NCBI GenBank assembly: GCA_013115145.1
Contig: JAAPAO010000117.1
Location: forward strand, 7,587-71,586
Direction: 5' to 3'
Source: Perkinsus chesapeaki ATCC PRA-425
Taxonomy: Eukaryota; Protista; Perkinsozoa
Length of the DNA stretch: 64,000 bases
Shown here: one piece after another, positions 27,777 through 40,791 of the stretch
Layout of the letters: each line of letters starts with the position of its first letter
How positions within the stretch are numbered: the first letter of the stretch is position 1
Notes under the pieces: generated by a model
What the model was told of the DNA's origin: nothing
The model's input: the letters and a program-made list of their open reading frames with translations, nothing else
Database searches by the model: none
Made by a program: the position numbers and the translations under genes

Positions 27777-28666
27777 TGGCGACCAGAGCTGCTTATGCAA
27801 GCCCCACCTCTCCTCTATTGGCCCCTCCTCTTCTGATGCCGTTCCAGCTTGCTGAACCTGTTAGTGGTGACATTCCTTATATTGAGGATGAACCTCCGGT
27901 TATCTGTGCCGATGGCACTAGGCTTCCCCGCCCTCCTGTACTGCAACCTGGTGATATTGGTCCTATGCAATACCTGCATCAGAAGGCGATGGCCGAGGCC
28001 GCTTCGAGGACTCCCCCTTCTAGGACTCCCGCTGGCACCCCTTGCTATTCGTGTGGTCCGACTCTATTTCCGGATTCTATCGAGAGACACTACAACGAGG
28101 CTATTGCAAGGAGACATTTTCGAGAAGCCCAAGCCGCTGCTATGGCTGAAGCTCTTGCCAAGTCCCATGCTGAGGAGAGAAGGCCCAAGAGGTGGAGAAA
28201 TGTGGCACGAGCCCGTCGTCTGGAGATAGATACCGATCTTGATGATCGTGAGGTCCATACTAGATTCATGTTTGCTATCAGTAGCAGGAAACTCAAGTAA
28301 GTCCTCGTCTGATTGTTGTATTGTTATTTGTTCTTTCTCTTTAGTCTATATGAACCCGTCAAGGGTACTAGCGAGTACTACAGGCTGCTGCATCGAGATA
28401 CTGCCAAGCCAATATACTGGAGAGACGACTGCTATTCACCGGTACGACCTCGGCCTCTTATAGACCAAATCAGGGATCGGATTGATTTGATTTACTTCAC
28501 TGCTCCTGCTCCACCAAGACCAGGAGTATTTGAAGTTGTGGTCGAGGAGTCTCCTCCAGTCAAGGAGACTGCTACTCATTGCATCTCGCTCAAGTGGCTA
28601 TCTCGTGCTGTCAAGCGTGTTTGTGGTCGTCGTCGCCGTTGTGGTGATGGACGTCGTGTCAAGTGA
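27777..28666 (+). CDS. Hypothetical proline-rich protein; two exons
   Basis: ORFs 27719-28300 and 28313-28666 are separated by a gtaag...ctttag intron with a pyrimidine tract. No family motif was recognised. Confidence 0.5.
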
Positions 28667-29023
28667 TGATGATACTGTCTGACTGATGAGTGCACTATTG
28701 CCCACAAGAATCTCTTCGCTGAAATTGATTATGATTGCCGTCGCTTCGTATTATACTAATTGATTACGTCTTGATTATCGTGCATAAGTATGGCAACTAA
28801 GTAGAAGATGATATAGCAATTGCTATACTCGTCGCTGCTTTTGCTTGGTATTTTAACGTTTTATTACATTTACGCGCTCGTATTAGTTGTACTGGCTATA
28901 TTCCAAAGTTAGTTGGTGGTTTGTGTTAATATGGGAGTAAAAGGGGCAACTTAATTAGTTAATGTTATTCTCGTCAGAAGCGAGTCGCGAGGACGAGATC
29001 CGCACCTTCGCTCCAGTGACCCG

Positions 29024-29697
29024 ATGGTCGTTTACCAACGAGAACGAGAACGGTGTACAATTAGGCTGTTTAAAAGTAGGTGTAATAAGGTAGGCGCAGA
29101 ATCTTGATGTTATTGTTTTAGTCCGATGTTACACCGTTATGTACATGCTCCAGTGATCCACTCTTGTCTGTTAAACAAAGGAGTAGCGTTCTTACAGTTG
29201 CTAAAAGGTAATCCTTTGCTTTATCACACTGTTGAAATGGATTATTTCAGGGAAGCTGATATGTTGGCGAGCCTCACTGGCTCAGTTGAGTCTACTCCCA
29301 CTACAGCATTGAGAACCTACAGTCTGTTTCAACCGGCTAAGGACCTGTCTCGGATACCTCGTCTCGATGGGACCACAGCACCAAATCTTTGCCAAGGACC
29401 AGAACGAAGAGTTGTTGGACATTCCGTGATGTTCGAGAAGAAGCCGCCAATGGTTCATACGCTTTATTCAAAGACGTGGGCTCGACAGTCGTACGGGCAA
29501 GTAGGCGAGAAGAGGCATCGAGCGAATGAGCGGAGTGGCAAGTTTGAAGGTAGGTAGATTCGATTATTGTAGTGTTGATAATGTTGTCAGATAATCGTTC
29601 ATCATACGGTCCGAGTAGAGGTATACCACAATTGAGTACAGCATCACTTAGCACTATGTTCCAGAGACGGAGGAATCTATTGTTGCATGATACATGA
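29024..29697 (+). CDS. Hypothetical protein; start uncertain
   Basis: ORF 29126-29557 splices in frame across a gtaggtag...gtcag intron to a last exon ending at TGA 29695-29697. Confidence 0.4.
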
Positions 29698-29948
29698 ATG
29701 GCTATGTTGTCCAACGGCTACTCAGAGTTGTGTTTGAAGTCGAGTGAGATAAAAGGGTTCGGAACACTTCACATTCATATGATATTGTGTTGAACGTTGT
29801 TGTGTTCAAGTGCCTCCTTGTGAAATTGAGTTAACTAGTAGTAACAATAACATAATGACCATAATAAGAAACTTTGTTATTACACACATGGGCCACACTT
29901 CATGCAATATTCAGAAAGGAATGCAGAACTTGATGTAAAAATGATGTA

Positions 29949-32900
29949 TTAAAGAAGACCATGTGCACAACGTTTGGCGGGTCCATTACACTCATTCCCT
30001 TCACGATAGGTTTCATCGTCATAATTGTTATCATCACAATTATCATTAGGAGAACGAAGCTTATGAGTTAGTCTAAACCACCAAAGGCTAACAGCTCCAG
30101 CACGACTAAGGCGATGTACCATGCACATGAATGGGACCAGTACGAGAACTGTTAAAGCACTACCAAACATCCATTTAACAGCACTATCTGATGGGAGGTC
30201 TGAGTTATTGGTAATAAAACCAGTAATAACAAATACAATACTAGCTAATAAAAGTGATAGAATAGTCATATCAATACGATCTTGAAGGCTGAGCCACATA
30301 AAGCCAGAACCGTGACCAGTGCGGCAGCCTATCTCGAGGAAGAAACTCCAAACTGCCTCTCGACATTGCTTGTCAGTTATGCATCCGGCTGTATCTAGTG
30401 GGGTTAGACCTTCGTAATTGGTGATATTAGGTGAGCCATGACCTAAAGAAGATATGCATGTTATTATGGCGTGATTAAGAAGGGCAGACCTGATTTGTAG
30501 AGTATAGTACAGCATGCTCTAATGAGATGGCTTGGACATTGTACTGTTGCCCAATGTAATGCAGTTCCTCCTTTATTATGGGGAAGTACCATATCGATAC
30601 ACCGTGATGGTCCTTTACATGTACTTGGACCACCAATAGGCCTCTCAGGTGCCCCACAAGATGCACGCCGCGGAGGGGTCGATGCCACTAAACATGCAGG
30701 TTGTTGGCAGTTATGTACAGGCAACTTTACCTCGCTTATTCGTCTCCTCAGTCGTTATAGTAGGCATTGTAGATAACATAGGTATCGAGCTCCTAGGTGA
30801 TACATACATTATCATGATGACCATCCCCAAGCCCCCTACTTTGGTATAAGATCTCGTCTATGATGACTTGGTACATGTATTCGTCCTAATCGTCTTGCAT
30901 GATGTGCCATTAACTCTACACAGCTAAGGTTGCCTGCCATAATAGCCAGCTGGACCGGAGCCAAGGATCCAGTGCACACCATCCTCCCTGAGCAATAGAT
31001 TCATTGTAATCATCACTATAATGTCGCTACTGACCCATCATCTCAGTGGCCTGGTCTGTAGTTGTTGGCCTATCTGACGGTGTGCACTCATCGGCAGGAT
31101 TGTCAAATGGGTTCACGCCAGCCTCCATGAATACACGACATAGTCTAGTGCATCCAGCCCAGGCTGCTTGCCCAAAAAGTATAAGTTTTTTCTGTGGTGA
31201 GCACTCCCTGAGTAATCTTCGTATGTGTCCTTCTCTCAATGGGCCAACACCTAGCTCATCGGCTATAATGCTCCATGGTAACACCTGGTGTACTGCATCT
31301 CTTAGCATCATATCACCTACTAGCTCACCAGTGTTGGGGCACTGTCCCTCAAGACACGTCGATTGATTCGAGCTGATGTGTCTATTATACGGAGAATGTC
31401 TCTGTCAAATGCTATGGACAACAGGCGTCTCAAACCACGGCATGAAGATGTCGGTCTGTCTGATGACCGTGGCCTCAAAGACTGGCGCAACACACTAGTG
31501 ATTTGAGGGTACCTAAACAGCAGCAGCAGCATCGCCGTTCGGAGAGGGTGATTGGCGGCAATGTTATTACCCAGGGCAGATATCCCTCTTCTGGGACTGT
31601 AGCTCGGCTGCTGAGGTATCACGGTATTTATCAATAGCAACAACTAATCGACGATAGATGTCCCCACCAGCACGCATAGGAGAGGTCACTATCTCAAGAC
31701 CTATTACGAGCAGCAGCAGCAGCGTGCTACTACTACCAACTATCAGGCTTGGCGGTACTACTCACCATAGACGCCCCGAGCTAGCTGGTCCTGTGCTTCA
31801 TCCAGAGATTGGACATGAGCCTCCATAAGCTGTTTAACTCTAAGGAGGCCATGGTCTTCTAGTGTGACTGGTGTAGAGCAATGAGCAAGATGGGAAGCTC
31901 TTGATGATGTTAGCATTAAAGGGTTATGTTGGGCGGCTGCGGCGGCGGTGGTGACAGGCACACCACCACAGAATGCTGCTGCAGACCTCGGCCTTACTGC
32001 ACTGTAGCACTGGGACAGTACCACAGCGCAGGAATAAAGGTCCATGGCCTGATAGATGGTCAGTTGATGAAGACGAACAAACATGCAGTCGTTCACAAGA
32101 TTACCAGCTCAGACATCGGCGGCGCACCACGCTGGTGAGCGTCCATTGGACTAGGTAGAACCGCATCAGGTGGAGATGGGAAGGGGGATGCTGCTGCTGC
32201 TGGCTGGGCAGTTGAGATGATACCCATTACTGAGTTACCAAAGCTGGACTGTTGGGCCCATCTCTGGATCTATAGTCCGAGTGTCTTGTATCTATGAAGT
32301 ACTATCCTACTTGCTCCGGTGATGCCCAACCAACAATCTTCAATAGTGATGACCAGTCTGGTACGGGCCCTACACCAGAAGACTGCTGCTGCTGTTGTTG
32401 CTGCAAGTGATCATCATCCTTAGCGGGCCCGCCTTCTAAAGGAGGTCGAGGCGATGGTCTATTACCATCTGGGGAGGTTGTTGTCGTGTTTTCTAATTAA
32501 TACAAATGGTGTCGTTGGATGGGGCGGCGGTGGCGGCAGTTACCCTGTTCAGTAGCAGGATGCATGCTCTCTACAGTAGCCGCAGCCCAATCCATCAAGG
32601 CTACCGTTCTACTATATTGACTCGGAGGAGCGGCGGCATCATCATCATCATCATCATCATCGAAGATAACACTCCTGCCATCTACCGTTGTATTACTGTT
32701 AGTCCCCTTCATAATGACTATACTCCTTGGGTTGATATTGTGGTGTATAACACCAACATCATGAGCAGCCTCCACCTAAGTAGGTAACATGCAGCCGAAG
32801 CAGTGGTCTAGATGATGATGATGATGATGAAGAGGAGAAGTAGTAGCAGGTACTACTGCTGACAGGAGGGCTGCCATGAGACCCTGTGCCTCCCCTAAAG

Positions 32901-35900
32901 AGTATGGTTGCCTTCTACCTTCTATAATATCCTACAGCCAACAGTCTCCTAGAATATGTCACTGGAAACTGGAATGCTCCTACCTCAAGCTCCTGCTCTA
33001 GAGTTGGGCCCTCGAACATGTCCATAACAGAGTACCGCAGTCCAGAGTCGGTACTGCCACAATGTATCCATCGAGGGAACGGTGGTGGAGCAGCAGCAGC
33101 AGAACGGGTGTCTCGAGCCCCCTCTGGTGTATTAGAACCGCCGCCGCCCTCGAGGCGGCTCAGGTCACTGCTGGTCACGATGTTCTCACCTATAGTAAAT
33201 CCAATAACAGCAGCAGTTGCTGCTGCGGTTGGTGGTTATGGTTACTTAGATATTTGTGTACTTTACACTCATTCATTATCATTGATGTCTCCCCATCAGT
33301 CTGTGGCCTGTAGAACACCTTAACAGCTACTAGTTGGACAACAACAACTGAAGCAGCAGCAGCATCTGTGGGGATAACTTCATTGACACCGTCTCGGGGG
33401 CCATTAAGAGATGCCACGCTGGAGACCATGGACTAAACCAGTAGTGGCTCCACTAACGCCTCCACCTGTTTAGTTACCTGCTGCTTTTCGTTAGCCTTTG
33501 AGCGTGCTGATGATGATGGTATGATCAAAGGCGTCGATGATGATGATGCAAGTGATGACCTTCTACCAGGCTGATGATGTTGTTGTCCTCCTCCACCCCC
33601 GCCACTGCTGAGTCTGTCTGGTGTATCCTCTAGACGACACTTGAATATAACAGATCTAGTCCCAGACCATAGGACATCTAATATGGTATAGACCCTTCCT
33701 ATCCTTAGGCCTCTAACACCTGGACCTCCACCATCATACCCATCAAGGAGTATACTAGCATCCCCTAAAACAAAAACAGTGCATCCTCAGCAATTGGAGT
33801 TGTGGCTCCAGGTCGTGTATGAATCACTACTGCCGCCGGTCTCTATAAAAGCCTCGATAGCCCTGTCTAGGACACTCTCCACATCTCTCAATGCTGTTGG
33901 CAGTAGCCTATGATCCCTTAGAAAATGATGGACCTATTATCATAGTGAGTAGCCTCTTCAGTGTCGTCGTCGTCGTCGTCTATTCAACTCACTTCGCTCT
34001 GAACCACAGTTTGATCCAACTCCACAGCTGTGATGCATGCCAATGCTCTAACTGTGGCATCCTGTACCATCTCCCATACAACTTCACCGATGATGTCATC
34101 CAGTGCCTATCTATAACAATAGAGCACCCTACTAGAGCACCCACACCTACGCTCCACGGGCAGGCCACACCGCCGCTTTCCATGATAGCAGCAGCCCTAC
34201 GGTCCGTCTTAGGCACCAGATCCACACCGTGAGTTGCTGGAATTCTGAGTACAGCTGTAGCGAGCTGAATGGGTGTTGTTGTTATGAGGTTTGTTACTGT
34301 GAGAGAGGCTTACCTTAAGTGAGCTGGTTATCTTGGACGTGAACTGCGGTGTGCTGCGGTGCATTTTGGGTACATTGTTCAATAATAGTTTTTGACAGTA
34401 TCCAAGGCCTCGGATGATAGGATCCCTATTCAGTAGGGTAGCTCTAGTACGCCATCTGTACAGACCGCAGCAGGTTCGATCGTTGTTGCCTATCTGGCAC
34501 TGGTGTGGCAGTGGTATACCTAGCTTCCAGGGCATGATCAATGGTCCTTAGGTCGGTAATGCATCTGGCTATTGCAGCGGCTGGTGATGAGAATAGCTTT
34601 GCCAGAGTCCACAATACCTATGGGGAGTGGTATACTGCTGTCGTTCTAGCGAACATTGGATACATTCAGACTTTCCGTCCGTTTGGTATCATTATAGATA
34701 TGTTGATAATAGTTATAAACCTCACGGGACCACATACGTTTGGCTGTCTTGTAAAAATCTTGCTTATCACCACCAGCGTATTTGAGTATATCAGAGTTAA
34801 GTGACTCTTTATAAGGGTTTAGTGCTTTGGTTAGCAACCCTTCTTCACTCTCCACTTGCCATAGCACCGATGCTTCTATTATCCGCCCTTGTGGAAGTGA
34901 TACCGCCACATCTAGTTTAACCTCCCCTTGACTGTACCGTACAGCCTCCTCCAAGGTCATGCTTAATCCATTACTGTTGCCCAGTACCTATAATAATATG
35001 CAACAGCAGCAGCAGCCGCAACCTTAAGTGGTGACCAATGGTACCTTCCGACCGGCTATTATCTCTTTAGGAGACCAACGGAGCTTAGGGAAACTGCTGA
35101 CCCACTGGCGAAAGAACTCATATTCAGTCATAGCCCTGTCCCTCTGTGCAGCCCCGCCAGATGACACCCTAGAGGTAAGCTTTGATGGTGACTGTGCCCT
35201 CCCCATTGACAGTATCCAATGCTTGTAGGTTGTGCTCCATTGGGCCTCGACAGAGTGTCTAGAGTCCAGGCATGGTGCCTTACGCAGCACATGCTCACTC
35301 AGAAGGCCCTCGGCCAGCAGTCTTGACAACTAAAACATAACATAATTATAAAGGAAGAACCCTAAGTAGTACTACTTGTCTATATACATGTGGTCCATCA
35401 TACCCTACCAGCTTCCTTCCGACATAGTCCCACTTTCCCATACCAGTAATAGAGCTCAGGGTTGTGTTAGGATGTAACCCACATTTGAGTTCTAGGAAAG
35501 ATACTCCATGGACGAGCTTTGCCGTTGCAGCTTTTTGAGTGATCCTGTGAGGCTCTTTAGGATAGGTGGCGGATGCTGCCTGGATGTTAAGGATGTTCAA
35601 AATGATTCTTTGGAGCTCAGCCGTGAACACTCTGGCGGTCACGTCACTAGGCTTCTCTAGGTAAATCTGATCTACTTATCAATGTACCCTTAGGAAACCC
35701 TGTCTGACTTTCTCAAAGACGTCAATGTCCCCCCAGTACTTGAATGCCAGGTAACGGTAGCTGCCTACTGGGGCAGGCGTATCTTTCCCCATTGTTATTA
35801 GCTCTACAACCTCCTTCAAAGCTGGGGAGTATCTTATCAGATTAGCTTAACCCGGTTTAGCTGTTGAGATGTACTGTAGGTTTACGTCCTGGCATCTAAT

Positions 35901-36180
35901 GGATGTGTTAACCTAGAGTCCCCTCTAAGGCCAGTATCCTCTTCCTTAATACTTTCAACATACATTCTACTGGCCATACTAGTCTAAAACAATGTCTAAC
36001 GCTGGATAGTGGATGATAACCTACCCTCTTCATCTGTCCAAAGGCATCCCTGCTGGCTAAGGATGCCAGCTCCTCTTGTTTACTATCGACGCTCCTAGAA
36101 CTAAGTGGCTGCTGTTGGGTGTCACAAGGACCACCACCTGCGCGACTGCAGCCAGAGCTGGTCCAGTGCAGAGGAGGCAT
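29949..36180 (-). CDS. Multidomain protein: Pol-beta-superfamily nucleotidyltransferase, CK1-like pseudokinase, ankyrin repeats and two C-terminal TM helices
   Basis: NTase: VGSYRYLAFKYWGDIDVFE (35721-35765) and a third Asp in VKLDV (34910-34912). Kinase: YTILDVLWSGTRSVIF, VAVK, NECKV, VMDMFEGPTLE, IHHNINP, LMDWA, DLYSCAVVL. ANK: APVQLAIMAGNLSCVELM, GGTALHWAT, GLTPLDTA. TMs: ILSLLLASIVFVITGFI and WMFGSALTVLVLVPFMCMV. Domain junctions could be joined in frame through short GT-AG introns; a few internal junctions and the first exon are ambiguous. Confidence 0.78.
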
Positions 36181-36506
36181 TAACACTAACCAGGAGGGGC
36201 TTCAGTTATCAACTCAACGAGGTTCATTTGACCTTATTTCTAGATCCCCGGTTCGATAAAAATATGAAAAAGGCAAACGTGACACCGCGCTGTAGCGGAG
36301 CGATGCACTGACGTCACAGCAAGGACGCAACTCATTCTTAGGCAAATCGTTTTCTGATAGAGAACTCTCATTATGGGATCGCGCTTGAAATGTGAGGTTC
36401 AGGGAATATGTAGTTATCTAGGTATAGCCAAATAGAAGTAATAGAAACGTTCGGTCTTACCGCAGATGGACGGTGGATGTATAGAGTCATTTGTTATTAT
36501 TAAATC

Positions 36507-39500
36507 ATGGCCACTGCTGCCGCCACGGCTTTACCTGGGGGTAGTACAACACTTACAGTACACTCTACAATAGGTGGAGGAGGAGGGCCATCACCAACAG
36601 CAGGGATGCATATACCTGGCGGTGGTATTAAAAGTGTGATGTCGACATTATCACAATCTCCAACAGCAACTACATCTAAAGCTGATCTAGAGCTTAGAAA
36701 GATTATTGACGCTGGTAATGTAACCTACTGGGAATCCTGCTAGCATGAGCCTAAGATTCGTTCACTCATAGGTGTATTACGATTTAATAACTCCGCTAAG
36801 GATGGTATACAATATTTAATATCAGCTGGTGTATTAGATGATGATCCAGCTGAGATTGCAGAGTTCCTGGCCAAACAGGAGAATTTAGACAAGCATGTTA
36901 TCGGAGAATATCTTGTAATAAGGTTAATGGTGTTAAAAGGTGATGGAATGATATCAGGGCAAGGATAATGAATTCAACGTTGCAGTATTGAATCGTTTCG
37001 CTCAACTATTCGACTATCGTGGACTACCGCCAGATGAGGCCCTCAGGCTATTCATGTGCAGGTGAGTCTGAAGTATCTAGTCTGAAATATAGCCTTTGTT
37101 TAGATTTGCCATGCCTGGTGAGGCACAACAGGTGTATCGTATCTTAGAACGTTTCTCAACGTATTACGCAGCAACATCCACTTCACTTAATCGTGACCAA
37201 GTTCATGTAGGCCTCTCTACACCAAGTTCCTCTATTACTACTAGATACTAGCATATGCTCTTATTATGCTTAATGTTGATGCTCATAACCCCCAAGTTAC
37301 TGATAAAATGACAAGGGATCAGTTTATTAAGAATACCATGCCTGAAGTTAGCCCAGGGTGCACTGCAGAGGAGCTTGGACAAATGTGATGGATATTATAT
37401 AGTATATTGTTATTAACCAACCTCATATAGGTATGATAGAATAGTTGCCAAGGAGTTCCGACCAGATACTACACCACAGGAACTGATGTAATAAAGGGAA
37501 GGCGGGGTTGGTGATGGTGGTGGTGGACGCTGTTGGGTATAGGTATGTGAGGCTGGCAAAGAACCCTCAGTATTCGGCAGATGAGAAAAATGTAGCAGCA
37601 ACGCCTGAAGAGATACAGCGGATGAAAGTTGGTGATAACTTTCTCAAGTTTGGCAGACGTGGCCGTCCGCATGCCCGGCGGGTTTTCCTATCGGAGGTAG
37701 TACTAGGGTTAACGGTGGGGTAGGGGGGTCATGGTTTCTCAGGATGAGACCAGGATATGTTGGGTTGAGCCTACAGACTCCCGGGGAGGGCGTCTAGGAT
37801 CGTTATTGAACCACGATGCCGCAATGCCGCGCAGTAGGCCTACTACGGCTGGAGGCAGACCCTCCACAGCACCGGCCACTACTACCAATGGTGGTGGAGG
37901 CTCTGTGGGAGGGAAGAGTCCAGCTGCTCATAGCGAGTTAATGGTCTCGGGGAAGGCGATGCCAATAGCAGGTAGGGGATATAGCAGGGTCTAGCAGGAA
38001 GAAGTATGGTCATGCAGGAGCGGGAGATCTGGCCACCTCGGGAGCATCGGCAACGCACCATCTACGTAACATAAGGCTTGATGAAGTTACAGGGCTATGT
38101 GTTGGAACATCGGGATCTAGTGTATTCCGAAAGCAATGGGTACCCGAGGCCTTGGAGGATAGATGCTTCTCTATAATAACTGAGAAGAGATCTCTTGATT
38201 TACAGGTGATCATCGTCATCATGTTATCATCTACCATATGTGTCTACCCCTGACATTGTTACCTTCCCCTCCATTAGGCCCCAGCAGCGGTGGATATGCG
38301 TATGTGGTTGCGGTTCTTCCATTATGTACTGTCTGAAAGGGAAGCTAAGATACGGGCAGCAGCAGACCCTGTTAAGGAAGCCCAGGAAATGCAGCGTGCT
38401 GGGGCTAAGAGACTTAGGATATGGAAGGAAGAGATACTACCCAATTGGGCCAAACATTGGACCACTGGTATGCTGCTGGTGTTGAGGGGGGTAGAGAGTA
38501 AGGCTACGAGGTCATCAGGTGCACAGGCTGGCTCGGGGACACAGGGTAGGAACCCTGATGGTTTCCGCAGTAGAGGGTTACGTATGTTGGAGAATGCCAC
38601 ACATAGGATAATAGTTAGTGACAAGCAGCCCAATGAGGCTTTAACATTTCAAATGTTCTATTCTGGTGGATTTGCCTTGGATAGAGGGCAGAGGCTTGAG
38701 ACGGCCCGGACACCGACGTTGGTCAATCTATGGCTTGAAGGTAGTAATAGGGTAATCTGCGGTGGTGGGGGATGTACCAGCGTTAGGTCTGCCACCTGCA
38801 TTAAGGTGTAAGATATGGCCAATAGCTATAGGAAACAACCTGAGGATTAATTCTGACACCTTTGCTACCTTGACCCGGAAAGTGCATCGAGCCGAGAGGA
38901 AGAATTCGTGGAGTAAATCACAACAGACTTATCTCACACGATTCAAAAACGACCTAGAGTCCGACTTGGTGCAGACTTTTATTGGAAAGGTGGTGGAGTG
39001 GCTGCATACCTTTGGCACTAGAGAGCAGCTGGAAGGGTTCCTGGATGCTGCTACTGAAGATGGGTATAGGAAACTAAGGGCACATGAGAGCATTATGGAT
39101 GACCAAGGCATGATGAGGGCTAAGTCTAGTGGGTCGGATGATGACGATGATGATGATGAGGGGTACTTCTGTGAATGTGATAGCGATGACGATATCTATG
39201 ATAATGATGATGTTGAAGCGCATCATAGGTCACATAGGTGTGATGATTGTGGTGTAGCAGTGGAGGCCATACCGAGCCCTGCTCATGGATTGGCAACACC
39301 TAACACAATAAGATCGAGGGCACCATCAGATCCTTCTGGGGCACCACCAACCCATGCTTCTAATGATGCTGCATCTTTGGGGTCTAGAGGGGGCAATTCT
39401 ACGGTCATTTGTGAGAGATGCCGTAAGATAGCTATAAAGAAGAAGTTGAATACCAGAGGGACGTATAACCAGCCATGGGAGACGGCATGGATTGGTGGAG

Positions 39501-40467
39501 GGAAGTCTGATACTTCTGATGAGGTAATGACCTGCTCTTACTGGTCTTGGACGGACATATCTCTCTCCTCAGGATGCCCTCATACGGAAGGGCTTATTGA
39601 TGCTGCTGTCAGATCTCATCAAAGCCTTCATCGTCTATAGGTCGGATGTTGGTAACGTTGTTCATCCCTTCATTATTGTTATTATTACATTTTGTTAGGT
39701 TATGTTCCTGGTATGATATCCCTTTGTACTACTGTATTGGTGAATGTAGGCCCTCGTCCGTTGGGACAGGCCTTCTGTACATTTGCTAATTTAATGCATC
39801 AATACTACTTCTTGGATGTGTATATGGTTAAGAGGAGGAACATGAAGATGCGTTTTGATTTTCTTGAGGTAGTACACTACCTTCCTCCTCCTCCGCTCCC
39901 CCTTACTTATCCATGCGCACCCCCCATCCAGGTCCTACTGCGCGAGCGTGCACCATTCCTAGAGAAGCACTTCTCTATATTACAGCTGACTCCAGAGGTC
40001 TACTTCCTACCGTGGTTAACTAGTGTCTTCACTAGATGTATGCCGTTCCATGCAGTGTGTCGAATGTGGTAAGTGTTCCTGAGCATGTTCGTGGAGCACC
40101 ATTAGTCACTTAGGGATGGATTCCTTCTCCTTGGCGAGGCCCACGTCTTCACGTGCGCACTGGCATTACTGCGATATCACGAGCATGCTTTAATGACATC
40201 TGGTTTTGGAGGATGTTTAGAGATCCTTACCTCTCCACCAGATGAGAGACTGTTTGATGAGAATAAGTTCTTCGACTATTATATGAAGCTTCCAGAGACT
40301 GTGGTGAGTGGCAGTGGCATTAGTATGCACACACTTCATCGAACTTACTCATTGCTACTTTGTTGATGCATTTTATTTAGGTACCTAATGAACGGCTAGG
40401 AGCTTGGATGGCTGCCCAAAGATTGGGAGAGGAGAAGACTTCTCTATTTGAGCTTCTATTTTCTTAA
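36507..40467 (+). CDS. Sec7 Arf-GEF, PH and TBC (Rab-GAP fold) fusion protein, likely related to the TBS subfamily
   Basis: Sec7: FNNSAKDGIQYL, LDKHVIGEYL, FAMPGEAQQVYRILERF (Glu finger), LIMLNVDAHNP. PH: FLKFGRRGRPHARRVFL. TBC: GLPPALRCKIWPIAIGN, YRSDVGYVPGM, PWLTSVFTR, CRMWDGFLLLG. Confidence 0.9.
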
Positions 40468-40791
40468 TAGTGCTTGTCATCATGGTGATGATACTGCTGC
40501 TGCTATGACTGCCTTAGTACTACTACTGCATTTTCTCTTTTATTATATGTCTCATTACTATTTGCCTGTATGCTATAATCTGACTGTTGATGATGATGAT
40601 GATGAATATGATGATAATAACCCTGTTGTGGTTGTTACTATCCTCCCACTGTGTCCTCCCTTTAACTTTGAATATTTGCAAGTAGCCCCCATCACCATAC
40701 AATATTATTACTCCTATACCAATCCACTAGTCTTAAGTTAGTCTATTACAAACCGGGAGTGTTAGAGGAGTTTATTGACCTTGTTGACAGT

